DNA from: Mobula hypostoma
Taxonomy: Eukaryota
Direction: 5' to 3'
Assembly (NCBI RefSeq): GCF_963921235.1
Contig: NC_086107.1
Location: 94,738,001 to 94,802,000 of the forward strand
DNA: 64,000 nucleotides
A program made the position numbers and the translations under genes. This document shows positions 22,670 to 36,049 of this stretch, piece after piece (positions within the stretch are counted from its first letter, which is position 1; each line of letters opens with the position of its first letter). A model generated the notes under the pieces. That model had not been told where the DNA came from. It searched no databases and saw only the letters and a program-made list of their open reading frames with translations.

Positions 22670-25600
22670 CAGTCCTGGGTATGACTCTAAACTGCAACCG
22701 GTGATGAGGCTCTGAGTGGGGACTTTCAGAGCTTTGGGGAAAGTGGAGTTACCCCTTAGTCATTCATTGCTCCCAGGGCCGCTCTGACCTGGAACAGTAG
22801 CACCTGCAAGGGTTCCTGCTCAGGATAGGAGCCAAGGCCAAAGGCAGATCTGGCAGGTTCAGTAACTGAACTTATGACGGAGAAGGCGGGTGAGCTGCGA
22901 CCTCAAATGACAGCAGCTACAGTACAGGCGGATGAACATTTGGGAAGAGAAATGGCGATTTCTTCAGTTTGCCCAACGGAAGGCAATAGCAAATCACCGT
23001 TGTTAGATACTAGATTTCCTAGAATCTATTTGCTAAGAAAACTATGGTCAAACTCACAAAATGTATCGCACAACAACAGCATCAAGAGGATCTTCAAGAC
23101 AATTCTGAAGATGCTTCGCCGGTAGGGTTGATTCTGGGCAGCAGGGGATCCCCAACCGTCATCAAGCTACTGCTCATAAAATTCAAGTAACACAAAAGAA
23201 AATTATATCAAGCAGGAAGATTGGACAATGTGATAAATGAAATGGAGAGACTAAAAATTAACATCATGGGAATTAGCGAAGTTCGTTGGACAGGTGCTGG
23301 AACATGTCAGAATAGAAATAAAACACTATTTTATTCTTGCGGAACATCCCATACTAATGGAGTAGGAATTCTTGTGGATGAAAACATGGCAAAAAGTGTT
23401 TTAGGACATTGGGCAATATCAGAAAGAGTGCTCCTTGTTAGATTCAGAGGACGACCATTTGATTTAGCAATTATACAGGTATATGCACCAACAACAGATG
23501 GAACAAATGAAGATATAAATTCTATGAAGAGCTTGAACAAGCAAAGAATCGATGCAAATCTCAAGATATTGTTATCGTCATGGGAGATCTAAATGCTAAA
23601 GTAGGACAAGGTGCTGATGGAAATACCACAGGAAAATTTGAACTAGGGGAAAGAAATGAAAGAGGTGAGAAATGGGTAGAATGGTGCAAGATCAGGTCAT
23701 TATGAATACCTACTTTAAAAACCATCCAAGACGCTTGTGGACCTGGAAAAGTCCAGGTGACAACACTAGAAATCAAATTGACTTTATTACTATAAACCAA
23801 AGATTTAGAAACTCAGTCACTCAATGCAAAACATATCCAGGTGCAGACTGTAATAGTGACCATAACCCAGGAATATGTCACGTAAAAGTAAAACTTAAAA
23901 ACTAAAGCAGCAAAAACCTGAACAATCCCTTGACTACTCGCAACTAATTAAAGAAGAAAACTTCAGACAAAAATTTACAATTGAAGTAAGGAATAGATTT
24001 CAGAGTCTAGAAATAGAATCTGTTGAAGATGATAGCAATCATGTAGAAATGAAGTTTAACTCTCTGAAGGATGCCTTGGTAGAATCAGCAAAGTCAGTGA
24101 TTCCTAAAAAAGAAAAAAAGCACAAAGAGTAAATGGATGACAGATGAAATCAAAAATCTAATGGAAGAAAGGAGACTGAAGAAAGCAAATCCTATGGAAT
24201 ATAAGTCCTTAGATAAAAGAGTTAAAAGCTTACGTCAAAAAGCCAAAGAAGAATGATTAAACCAGGAATGTGAGCAACTAGAAAGAATCCCTATTACTGA
24301 TCCAAAAAGGATACATCAACAAATCAAGAATATCACTGGTAAAAAGCTCCTCTGTTCTTCAGGTGGATGTTTGAAAGCAACGGACGGTACCATCATCATG
24401 GAAAAAGATGAGATTATGAACAGATGGACTGACTATATTCAGGAATTGTTTGAAGACGATCGAGGCGAAAAACCACTAGTTAAGAAGAACATTGAAGGTC
24501 CAAGTATTTTAAAATCTGGTTCGTAATGTAATAAATCAGATGAAGAAAGGAAAGGCAGCAGGTCCTGATGAACTAGTAATAGAACAAATTATCACCCTTG
24601 AAGATTATGGAATTGAAAAACTTACCGATTTAATCAATGGCATTTATGAGACTGGAATAATACCAGAAGAGATGAAAAAAATCAGTATTTATCACTCTTC
24701 CTAAGAAACCTGGAGCAATAGAATGTGAATTACATAGGACTATAAGCTTAATGAGTCATATCACTAAAATACTTCTAAGAATTTTGATGACAAGAGCTAA
24801 AAGTAAGATACAAGCTGAAACAGGTAAAGAAGAATGTGGTTTTATGAAAGACAAAGGTACAAGAACCACAATATTGATGTTAAAGATACTATCAGAACGA
24901 GCTATTCAAGTGCAAAAAGATTTATTTGTTTTATCGATTACACAAAAGCATTCGATAAAGTGAAGCACAATAAGTTATTTGAAATATTACAGGAAACTGT
25001 ATATCTAGATTCAAAAGATCTCCGCCTAATCAGAAATCTGTACCGGAAACAAACTGCCGCTGTAAGAATAGATGGAGAAGTGAGTCAGTTTACGAAAATC
25101 AAGAGAGACGTTAGACAAGGGTGTGTTTTTCTCCCCTGATTAGTTTAATGTGTACAGTGAAACAATATTACAAAAAAATAAGAGACATCTTGGGAATCAA
25201 AGTTGGCGGTGAGAACATCAATAATTTCAGGTATGCGGTTGACACTGTTAGTTGCAAGTACGGAGGAAGAACTACAAACTTAATTGATATAGTTGTTGAA
25301 GAAAGTGCAAAAATGGGTCTATCTATCAATTGCATAAAGACAGAATATATGGTGATATCCAAAAAGAAGGAGAATCCTATCTGCAGGCTGAGAATAAACA
25401 GGGAAGACATAAAACAAGTACAGAACTTTTGCTACTTAGGAAGCTGGGTGACATCTGATGGCAGGTGCAACATGGACATCAAAAGAAGAATAGGGATGGT
25501 AAAAGACACCTTTACGAGAATAAAGAGTATACTGACCAACACTAAACTAGGCATGACAACCCGCCTCAGAGTACTGAAATGTTAAGTTTATCCAGTTATG

Positions 25601-26012
25601 TTATATGGCTCAGAATGTTGGACAATATCTAGTAACATGAGGAAACAAATTGAAGCAGCAGAGATTTGGTTTTTGAGGAGGATGCAAAGAATATCATGGA
25701 CGAAACGAATATCTAACGAGGATGTCATGAACAGAGCAAGCACAAAAAGAGAAATAATGTATGAGATCACGAAAAGGCAACATGACTTCATTGGACATGT
25801 GATTAGGAAAGAGGAGTTAGAATGCACGGTAATTATGGGAAAGATTGCTGGGAAGAAAACAAGAGGAAGGCAAAGACAAATGATGATGGAGACAGCAGCC
25901 AGAGTACTGGAAATTAATACCAATGAGTTGATCCACTTGACCCGAAACAGGAGTGTGTGGGCCATGGCAGTCAAAGCTCAAACTGGGCATGGCACCTGAT
26001 GATGACGACGAT
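22670..26012 (+). mobile_element. Apparently full-length RTE-clade LINE (APE endonuclease + RT), decayed by frameshifts and stops
   Basis: INIMGISEVRWTG, NGVGILV, IIQVYAPT, NQIDFI..SDH, FIDYTKAFDKV, VRQGC, NNFRYA, YLGSW...GRQR. About 3.3 kb with a (GAT)n-like tail. Confidence 0.92.
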
Positions 26013-27429
26013 GCTGGTGATATTAAACCTGATTCTGAAGGACCTTCACCTTCTGGGACATGCCTTTTTTTTAATTGCTGCCATTAGGGAGGGGGTACAG
26101 GAGGTTGAAGACCCACATTCAGTGTTTTAGGAACGGCTTCTCCCCTTTGCCATCAAATTTTTGAACGGTCCATGAACCTGTCAACACTGTCCCACTATTT
26201 TGGTACTACTTTTTAAATATATAGTATACACCACTTTTTGTAGACTTTCCCGTTCCTGGGCATAGCTGTTTCCATACCAGGTTGTGATGCAATCAGGCCG
26301 CTCTCCACTGTGGAGACATAGAAGTTAAAGGCTAACTATGGGATTATGTAAAGAAAAACACCCTTTCTTCATGCAACAGAACTGCGTCGTTCATTCATCG
26401 CCATTTGAGAGAATACATGTACAAAAGAGATGCTGCATTCTCCAGCATCAAGTGCAACTGAATGTGACTGAGTGTGCAAAAAATCAAAGAGCCTCACAGC
26501 AGTAACAAAGCCATCTGTACTCTCATGCCTCTTTGAAAGCTTCCTTTTCATGCACTGAACCAGTTCCTTTAGTTGCAAACAAGCTTGCTTTCACTGCCAG
26601 CTCCACTTTTGCAATGTAGACCGTGACAATTCAATGCTTTGACCCTGAAGAAGTTTAAATCTTCCCTTCGACGGGAGTTCAGTAATACTCCACTCACTGC
26701 TCCTCTGCGATCTCTGCGTCCTTCCGACTCTTCGAACATGTGCTCACCCAGACGTGCTACTACAGCCACATATTCTTCCTGGGAATGTCTTCGTTGCCAT
26801 CTTGTGCTACATGGCTTCTCCCTACCTACCCAACACCTCCCTCTGGTGTTCCTTCTCCTTCCCTTTCTTCTATGGTCTTCTCCCTCTTCCATCAGATTCC
26901 CCCTCCTCTAGCCCTTTATCACTTTCACTAAATGCTTTAATGCTCAGTCTCACTTCCCCTCCCCCACCTATCCTGGTTCTTAAATCTTAACGGTTCAGGT
27001 TCAAGTTCAAGCTTATTGTCATTTCAACCATACACATGTATACCGCCAAACAAAACGTTTCTCCAGAGAAAGGACCACAACACAGTACGTACAACTCACA
27101 CACAACATATAAAGTAATAGTACCACAAATAACTTAACAAATAATAAGATGCAATTCACAGCACAAGTTAAAAAGTAAACAGTATAATACCAGAGTTCAA
27201 ATTTCTCGCCCTAACTGTCCTTGTCCTAATGCTATGGTAACTCCTGCTACTGGTGGTGGGGGAGCGGTCAAAGAGATTGTTGGATGGATGGGACGGATCA
27301 TTGACAATGGTAGGGGCCCTGTGTCACAGCGTTCCTGGTAGTTCCAGCCAGTGGAAATGGTTTCATCCCTTGGGGTTTACTAAATTTTGTCATATACTTT
27401 TACTCTGGGGCTGTATTTGCTGCAGTTTA

Positions 27430-27812
27430 GAATGGGGGGGGGGAAACGACAAAAACCTAATTGAAACCTACCAAATACTAAAAGGCACAGATAGAGTGAA
27501 CGTGGAGAGGCTGCTTCCAAATAGTGGAGGAGTCTAGGAACAGAAGGTACAGCCTCAGAATAGGATATCCCTTTAGAACAGAAATGAGGATGAATTTCTT
27601 TAGTCAGAGGGTGGTGAATCTGTGGAATTCATTACCACAGACAGCTGTGGAAGCCAATTCATTGGGTATAATTAAAGCGGAGGTTAAAGGCTCTTTATTA
27701 GTAAGGGTGAAAAGGTCATGTAGAGAAGGTAGGAGGATGGGGTTGAAAATAAATCGGCTATGATTGAATGGTGGTAGCCTGAATAGCCAAAGATCTGTTG
27801 TCTTATGGTCAT
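27430..27812 (+). mobile_element. CR1 LINE 3' fragment
   Basis: LIETYQILKG..FFSQRVVNLWNSLP followed by a 3' UTR. Confidence 0.8.
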
Positions 27813-28292
27813 TATATGACAGAGCCCCAACACACTGGATTGCAAGCGGTTTTCAGATTCAGTGGGTTTAAACCCGCCATGGGACATCCTCAAGAGCTGG
27901 TTGTCTTAAGGAGGCAGAATCCACCATTAAGACCCTCAACATCTGGGATATGGCCTCTCATTACTACCATCAGGGTGGTGGTATGGGAGCATGCAATGAT
28001 TTATCATTCTGCTCTGCCATCAGACTTCTGAACGGTCCACAAAATCCTTCAGCACTACCTTACGATTCCTTATTTTTTCTGCACTATTAAATTTTTTTAA
28101 TATAATTTATTCTGGTTTATAAATGGCAAACAGCAAACTTTATAAAGCAGTCAGTGATAATAGATCTGATTCCAATTCTGATCTCTTAACCTTCTCTGCC
28201 CTGCTGCACATTACTGAAGACACCTAAGTTCTGACACCCACTGTAGAACTGGAGAACCTGTAGCCGCACCTGAGGAGTTCACTATATACTTA

Positions 28293-28478
<186 letters not shown>

Positions 28479-29229
28479 TCATTCCTGACAGAGTGAAAAA
28501 GAAATGACACCAAGTATTGCCAGGTCAATGTGACAATGAGTGCTGGAAACAATCAGTTTGGCAGGCAGCAAATGCAGAAAGAGCAAGCAATTTCAAATTC
28601 CTGGGTGTCACTATCTCTAAGGATCTAACCTGGACCCAACATAGCTACAAAGAAGGCATGACAGCAGCTGTATTTCATTGGGAGTTTGAGAAGATGTGGT
28701 TTGTTCCCAAAAACACTTGAAAATTTCACATGATGTACCATGGTTGCATCACCATCTGATACGGGGGAGGGATCGAAGTAAGCTGCAGAGAGTTGTAAAC
28801 TCAGTCAGCTCCACCAGCAGCACTCTCCAGGACACCTGGATAGTATTCAGACATCTTCAAGGAACAATGAACAATACCTCAAAAAAAAGGCAGGGTCCAT
28901 CGTTAAGGATCCCCACCACGCAAGTCATGCCTTGTTCTCACTGCTACATCAGGGGAAAAGTTACAGAAGTGTGAAAGCACATACTTCAATGATTTAGAAA
29001 CAGCTTCTTCCCCTCCACCATCAGATTTCTGAATGGATATTAAACCCAAGAACACTACCTCACTCCTCTTTTTATTTCTAGTTTAGCAGTACTTATTTAA
29101 TTTAACTACATATTTACCGTAATTCAGCTTTTTTCCCCCTCTATTATTATGTATTGCCTGTACTGTTGCCACAAAGTCAGCAAGTTTCTCGACATGCGGG
29201 TGATAATAAACCAGGTTCTAATTCTGAAG

Positions 29230-29456
29230 TCGCAAACATGAGAAAATATGCAGATGCTGGAATTTCAAGCAACACACGTTAAAGTTGTTGGTGAACGCAG
29301 CAGGCCAGGCAGCATCTCTAGGAAGAGGTACAGTCGATGTTTCGGGCCGAGACCCCTTGTCCTGACGAAGGGTCTCTGCCCAAAACGTCCACTGTACCTC
29401 TTCCTAGAGATGCTGCCTGGCCTGCTGCGTTCACCAGCAACTTTTATGTGTGTTGC
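29230..29456. mobile_element. Fold-back Penelope pLTR mini-element
   Basis: Inverted arms of ~87 bp around a ~14-nt loop. TSD TTCTAATTCTGAAG (29216-29229 / 29457-29470). Confidence 0.85.
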
Positions 29457-31148
29457 TTCTAATTCTGAAGAAACAGTTAACGTTCAGGCCAAAGGTTGTT
29501 TTTTTTTAAAACGAGAACAGGTTAACTCCACTTATACTTTAACAGATTCTGTCAATGTGCTTTCAGCAATTTTTGTTTTACCTGTAGATTTCAGCATCTG
29601 CAGTGTTAGCCTTCTGTTTGCTCACAAAAAATAGGCAAGATTTTTTAACCACTGTGGACTTGCCCCTTGTTTTTCTCCCCCCCCCCAAAGGTAGGCGATA
29701 GAAACATGTACTTCTAACCGCAGTAAGGGAACAAGGCACCTGGGACCCAAGCAAGTATGGTAAATATTGTCAGATGGAGAAGTTAACAAAGACCGAGAAG
29801 GTAAATGTACATTAAAGCAGAAGTAAATGATGTTTTTCAGATACAGGGACAGAAATTATGGATTAGTATAAAGAGAAAAATTCACAGTACAGTAAAAAAA
29901 AATTAATGCCTATGAATTTTAGAATATTTACTCCATTTTAGTCCACATCTTTATCAGAGAAAAACACACATTTTCCTTCAGCCGGAAGTCATCAACTATT
30001 TTAGAACAACCAGCCTACCCTCAGGGTTTCAAAGGATACGGAGAGAAGGCAGGAGGAGGGGGTTGAGGGGGAAAATAAATCAGCCATGATGAAAAGAAGA
30101 GGAGACTTGATGAGCCAAACGGCCTAGTTCTACTCTTATGCCTTGAGTGTTTATGACTGGGTGTAAACGCTGATAGCACAGTCGAGATTGAATCATGCCA
30201 CTATGGTCCAGCTCTGTACTCCATCCAACCAGGATCACTTGCTTAATGTAATGGCGTACATCTTTTGCTCTTGAGCAGTAGCAATGCAAGTCCAAAATAG
30301 GCTGCATCTCTCCTGCATTTCTGCAAATGCTTCTGGGTCAGGTCAAGTACGGAAAGACTGAGCACACGCAGACTGGAGATGGAAGGGTCAAACGTGGCCA
30401 TTAATCTTTATAGCAAGTGATTATCCAGCTTAGCACTCAAATTCTCACTGAAAATAACATGACAACTTTGCAAGCTGCAACAAACAGGGAACAAGTAGTT
30501 TTAAGTGCCACACAAAAATGAGGAAAATTTGTTACAAGACAAGTCACATTCTCTTGTAGCAATATTAGTACTATTTTGTTTGATTTTTTTTTAAAAAAAG
30601 CTTCCAAGTTTTTTTTAAAAACACAAAATGGTGGTTGCTTGGAACGCACCACCAGGGACAGTGGTAGAGGCAGATACTTGGGGACATTTAAAAGACTCTT
30701 AGGCACGTGGATGATAGAAAAATGGAGGGCTATTTGGGAGAGAAGGGTTAAAAAGTCAGCACAACATTGTGGGCTGAAGTGTCTTAAGTTCTAAAACCAT
30801 CCCTACAAATTAAAAAAAATAACTAAATCTGAGCCACGCCTTCGACAGATTCATCCTAAGTCCACAGTTCGTTGGTTGGTTAATTAACCAAGTGCAGGTG
30901 GACGGTAGGGAAACAAGGCAAGAGTTGATGGGCATTTAAGAAACTCTTAGACAGGGACATAGATGATAGAAAAATGGAGGGCTATGTAGGAAAGAGGGCT
31001 AGATTGATCTTAGAACAAGTTAAAAGGTCAGCACAATATTGTGAGCCATAGGGCTGGTACAGTGCTGTAACGTTCAATGTTCTTATTGCAAACCAGAAAT
31101 TAAAAGCATTTTCAAGCATAAATTAGGAAAGTTTATAAGATGACGTAC

Positions 31149-31194
31149 ATCACCACCAAAATCAGTTTCTGCAGGGGGACCATCGTTAAAATAC
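31149..31194 (-). CDS. MED25: MED25 coding exon 2
   Basis: ttacag|(E)YFNDGPPAETDFGGD|gtacgt, 46 nt. Confidence 0.96.
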
Positions 31195-31834
31195 CTGTAA
31201 AAGAAAAGCAGAAATCTTTACAGACCAGTTCCAAATTATATTCTTTTCAATCAGACTGAAAAGCTTCAGGGTTGGGTAGTGAAAACTGTAGAACTATGGA
31301 GAAACAGCAGAGGGAGACAAGCTATTCAAACAGCTCTTTGTAAACGCCACCATGGGAACAAATGAGCTTCTTTTATTCTGCATGACTACACTTTCAATCA
31401 TCTTTCATTCGTAGCCACAGGGGGAAATGAAAAAACAGATTCCCTTTGTCTGGGCCTGCCCTGAAGCGCTAAGCCAAGAATGATAGGTCACTGCTCTGAC
31501 TTCCTGTTCAGTTGGTGTATCAGAATCAAAGCTTGGCTCTGGTTTCTGTCTGAGCACCATGACAGGCTCGCCAACACATTTAGACTACAGAACCTCTCAG
31601 AAGTTAATCAGTCATACATTTTAGCAGGGACAATTTTATCTTCAGTGATTTTCTGAAGTGTGGTTTGAATGGCAATTACTCTGCTCCCAGGAAAGACAAA
31701 ACTGTTCTAATGGTCTCAGGAGCAAGAAGTATTTCTTTTAGCCAGAGAGTGGTGAATCTGTGGAATTCATTGCCACAGATGGCTGCGGAGGCCAAATCAT
31801 TGGGTATATTTAAAGTGGAGGTTGATATGCTCTC

Positions 31835-32090
31835 AAACAAGAGAAAATCTGCAGATGCTAGAAATCCAAGCAACACACACAAAATGCTGGAGGATCTATG
31901 GAAAAGAGTAAACAGTTGATGTTTCGGGCCGAGACCTTTCATCAGGACTGGAGAAAAAAGATCAGAAGTCAGAGTGAGAAGGTGGGAGGAGGGGAGCAAG
32001 AAATACAAAGTGATAGGTGAAACTGGGTGGGGGGGATTGGGTGAAGTTCAGAGCTGGGAAGTTGATTGGTAAAAAAAAGATAAAGGGTTG
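31835..32090 (-). mobile_element. Penelope pLTR fragment with hammerhead-like core, inserted in a CR1 tail
   Basis: The reverse strand reads CAGTC-CTGATGA-AAGGTCTCGGCCC-GAAA-CA-TC-AACTG. Confidence 0.7.
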
Positions 32091-34751
32091 ATTAGTCAGG
32101 GTGTCAAAGGGAGTAGGTAGGAGAATGGGGTTAAAAGGGTTAATAAATCGACCATGATGGAATGGTGGGGCAGAATTAATGGGCCAAATGGCCTAATTCT
32201 GCTCCTCTGTCTTATGGTTTCAGAATCCAAGACAAAACAGGATGACTGTGTAGAGTTCTTCTCCCGTGGGAGTGGGAGTAGGAGGGGTCGGGTGGTGGGG
32301 AGTATACCCCTCAACAATAGTGTGCAAAGATGAAACAACAGAGCACTATGTCAGCGGCTAAAAGTGTGGAAATGTAAAGCCCATAATAGAAACATCTGTA
32401 AAGGATTGAGAGACATTGAATGGCTTATTGTACACAATTTTATTTTTGAATAAAGTATATTTTGAAATTTAAAAAAAAGACTGTGTCTGGGAGTTTAGAG
32501 TCTATCCCTGGTTAGTGCTGGGCTCAGCTGATGCAGTACTAGTCACGTGACTGGTGTGCACAAAACACAGCTAAAGAACTTAAAGGGGAAAAGATCACAG
32601 AATTCCAGCTTTATGTGTGGGTAGCCCTGGCAAGCAGATATGCAGGATGATGCCACCCTCACCCGTGCCATTTGGAGAGCAAATGAGATGCTGTCACTTA
32701 TTATGAATGCTCATTTACAACAAATATACTCATGTAGAGTATGGTAGTGCCTACAGAATCAGAACTTTCTGGAGGAAAGGAGGGTCAGTATAAACAAATG
32801 AGGAAAAAGTAGTCACTAACTGCCAGAGGAGCCTGCGTGGCATGCTGCCGTGCCTGGAGGGTAGCCCTCTGCGTTCAGGCGGTGTCTCTCTCTTTCCATG
32901 ATGTTGGAGAACGTTACCAAGGCTCCGTGTTTGCGGATTTGGACTAAGGACTTTCTCAGTCTTATGGTTTTTATATTCCGTGTTTTCACCCGTTCTTTCT
33001 AGTTGTTTTCTTTTGGGCGGGGGCTGGGGGTTGACATTCTTGTTGTGTTTCTGTTAGTTTTTGTGTAGGGAGAGGGGGGGAATTGGGGGCCAATGTTCTT
33101 GTTGCATTTTTGTGCAGGGGGATGGGGGTTGTTGCGTTTCGTGCGCGAGGAGGTTGATGACCATGTTGCCGTTTTTTTTGTGGGTGGGGAGTTGGGTTTG
33201 CGGTTTCTCCTTGAACTTATTTCCATGGTTTTCTTTGTTTTGTGGCTATCTGGAGAAGACGAGTCTCAGAGTTGTATATTGCATACATACATACTTTAAT
33301 ATTAGCACTTTAAGGACACAAGGTTCAAAGATTAATTTATTACCCATGGCCTAATCCAGAATGCTATCTGACCCCAGATCCACTAAGCTATGGCTAGTTG
33401 CTAGGTGAAGTAAGTTAGCATGGGTTTAGATGGGTAGTAAATGTGGCCTCAAACAACGTGCATATTATAGAGATCAGTAAGATAAATACCATGAGGTCAG
33501 TTAAATGCAATCTGAGATCTACAACGTTTTAAAAAGCCCGCAGCATCAAAGGCAAATAACAGAAGAGATTACATTGAACATCATGGGTTAGGGGCGGTGG
33601 GAAACACATCATTTGGAAGAGGTAGTTGGAGTGAGGTATCTTGGGGTTAAAAAAAGATCATCCAATGATTACATCACCCAGAAACTCGTACTCAAAAGAA
33701 CACAGAAGGATGTCAGAACTAGCCTACAGTGTGCTACACAGTATACAAAATACTGGATTGGCCACAGAAATAATACATGTTTGGAAAATTCATAATTTGA
33801 TACTTTGCTTCTAAAAAGAATGCCTTCACTAAGATTCTAATCAGCTGTGGGAAAGAGATTTGTTGCAAGAGATTAATCAAGATAAAGTTACTTCGATAGC
33901 TCAAAATACCATGCAACTTGAGAGGTGCATGCTATTGACCTGGAACAGTGACAAAACTAGAGGAATGAATGGAGTTACATCACACATAATTTAGATAAAA
34001 TTAGCGTTTTAATCACCTTTGCACTTTATTTGATTACCTACACTGCACTTTCTCTGCATTCTGGTTTCTTTTCACCTCCTCAATGTACTTACGTTCAGCA
34101 TATAGCTTTCTATGTCACATGTACATTGAAACAGAGTGAAACGCGCCGTTTGCATCAATGAGCAGCACGGTCTGAGGATGTGATGGGGGCCACAACTTGC
34201 TAACCCTAACCATATGTATTTGGACGGTGGGCGGAAACCACAGCACCTGGAGGAAATCCATGCTGTTATGGGGGAGAACATACAAACTCCTTACAGTGGC
34301 GGGAATTGAACCTGGATAGCTGGTGCTATAAAGCACTGCGCTAACCCCTATGCTACTGTGGAATCCACAACAGATACCATACTACAATTCTAATAATTAT
34401 AATTAACTATATACTGTGGAACTGGTGACAAATAGGTGCCACTGAATTGGGATCTGAAAAACGAGATACGAACCAAGCGAAACTATAACCTCTGGGATAC
34501 TTGCAGAGTATCATATCCATCAGACAATAACATCCACCTTAAAAGCATTAACTGAAGTTTTGGTCATACCCATAGATGGCCTAATTCTGCTCCTATGTCT
34601 AATGGTCTTTTAGGTTACAGGGAGAAGGCCAGGAACTGAGGTTGAGGAGGAGAGAGAAAAAAAAAAGGATCAGCCATGATGGAATAGTGAATCAGACTCA
34701 GTGGGCCAGATGGCCTATTTCTGCTCCTATGTTTTGTAGTCTTATACTCAC

Positions 34752-34885
34752 TCAATTGCCGGAAGAATGTAATGTTTCCGCAGAGATTCGAAGTATGGCC
34801 CAAGATTTGCCGTTCCCTCAATAACGAACACCACATCTGCCACCATATTGGGAGGAGTGGGAGTGTCAATCAGGGGCACCACCAT
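34752..34885 (-). CDS. MED25: MED25 first coding exon (start of VWA domain)
   Basis: ACACCATGG Kozak context; [44 protein letters not shown](E)|gtgagt, 134 coding nt. Likely upstream acceptor tgtgtttcag at 34995. Confidence 0.96.
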
Positions 34886-36049
34886 GGTGTCTATGGTCAC
34901 TGCAACACCTTTACTTTCATAACGGAGGCAGCCGGGTCAAGTGAAACAATACAGGGCTCTGAGTGAACAGCACCGACTCCCCAGTCACGTCATTCTGAAA
35001 CACAATACGGCAGAAAGTTAAACAAGTCCCAAGGAAATATTCAGCAATCTGTGGAGAAGTGGAGACTGCATTTCAGGTGTGCAAGCTGAGAGAACAGTCA
35101 ATACAAGTTATGAAACGAAAAGGAACAAGAGAATGAGGAAACAAAGAAAATTAAAAGATGCAAAGATGCTGGAAATCTGAAATAAATTCAGGAAATGCTG
35201 GAAACACTCAGGTTAGGCAGCATCTGGGGAGAGAGAAACCAACCGTTTGACAAAGGGTCTGAGACCTGAAATGTTAACTGTTTCTCCTTCTACAGACATT
35301 GGCCAATCTAAGATTCAGATCCAAAGCTGAAGTGTGGCTCTGAAAAGTACGGTCTGAGCAGTGTGGTTTCCAGATAAAGATTAAAGTTAATCTTTGCTTT
35401 CCGTATATACATTGAAACATACAGTGAAATACACCATTTTGTACCAACAGCCAACACAGCCCATGAAGTGGGCGGAGTTAAGATGGCGCCAAGTTGCTGC
35501 CTCTTCGAGCTCATCTGCAAAAAACAACTTAATTTCTCTCTTGGACAGTGGCGGGGGGAGAGGTTGTTGCATTGATGCTTGCTGTCGCTTGCATGGGGAA
35601 GGGGGAGAGGGGGCTTTGGGGTTCTGATGTTTTTCTGTAGTTCATTTTTTTGTTTTTCATGGATGTCTGTGAAGACTAAGTATTTCAGGCATACTGTTTC
35701 CATTCTCTGATAATAAACAGAACCATTTGAGTCCAAGGATGTGCTGGGAGCAGCCTGCGAGTGTTGCCACATTTCCCGCGACAACATACCATCTCCATAG
35801 CTTACTAACCTAACCATACGTCTTTGAAATATGGGAGGAAACCCACGCGGTCACGGAGAGAACGTACACATTTCTTACAGACTGCGGAGGGAATGGAGCT
35901 CCGGTTGCTGGTGCTGTCAACCGATTGCACTAACCACTACACTACCGTGCCACAAGCTGTCAAGTGTTTCCGGCATTTTATGTTTTTATTTGAGAAAATG
36001 TAAAGATTCATAACACGGTGATGGGCAAGAAAACAGGATGATAACGTCT

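Noticed and set aside
22700..22745. Hammerhead in the RTE leader
   Set aside because: It has GUGAUGA rather than CUGAUGA, and GAAA is not adjacent to the stem. Kept only as an unclassified structure.
26369..26892. Adjacent minus-strand ORFs as a nested gene
   Set aside because: No recognisable protein family or splice pattern; they run into pLTR-type repeat sequence.
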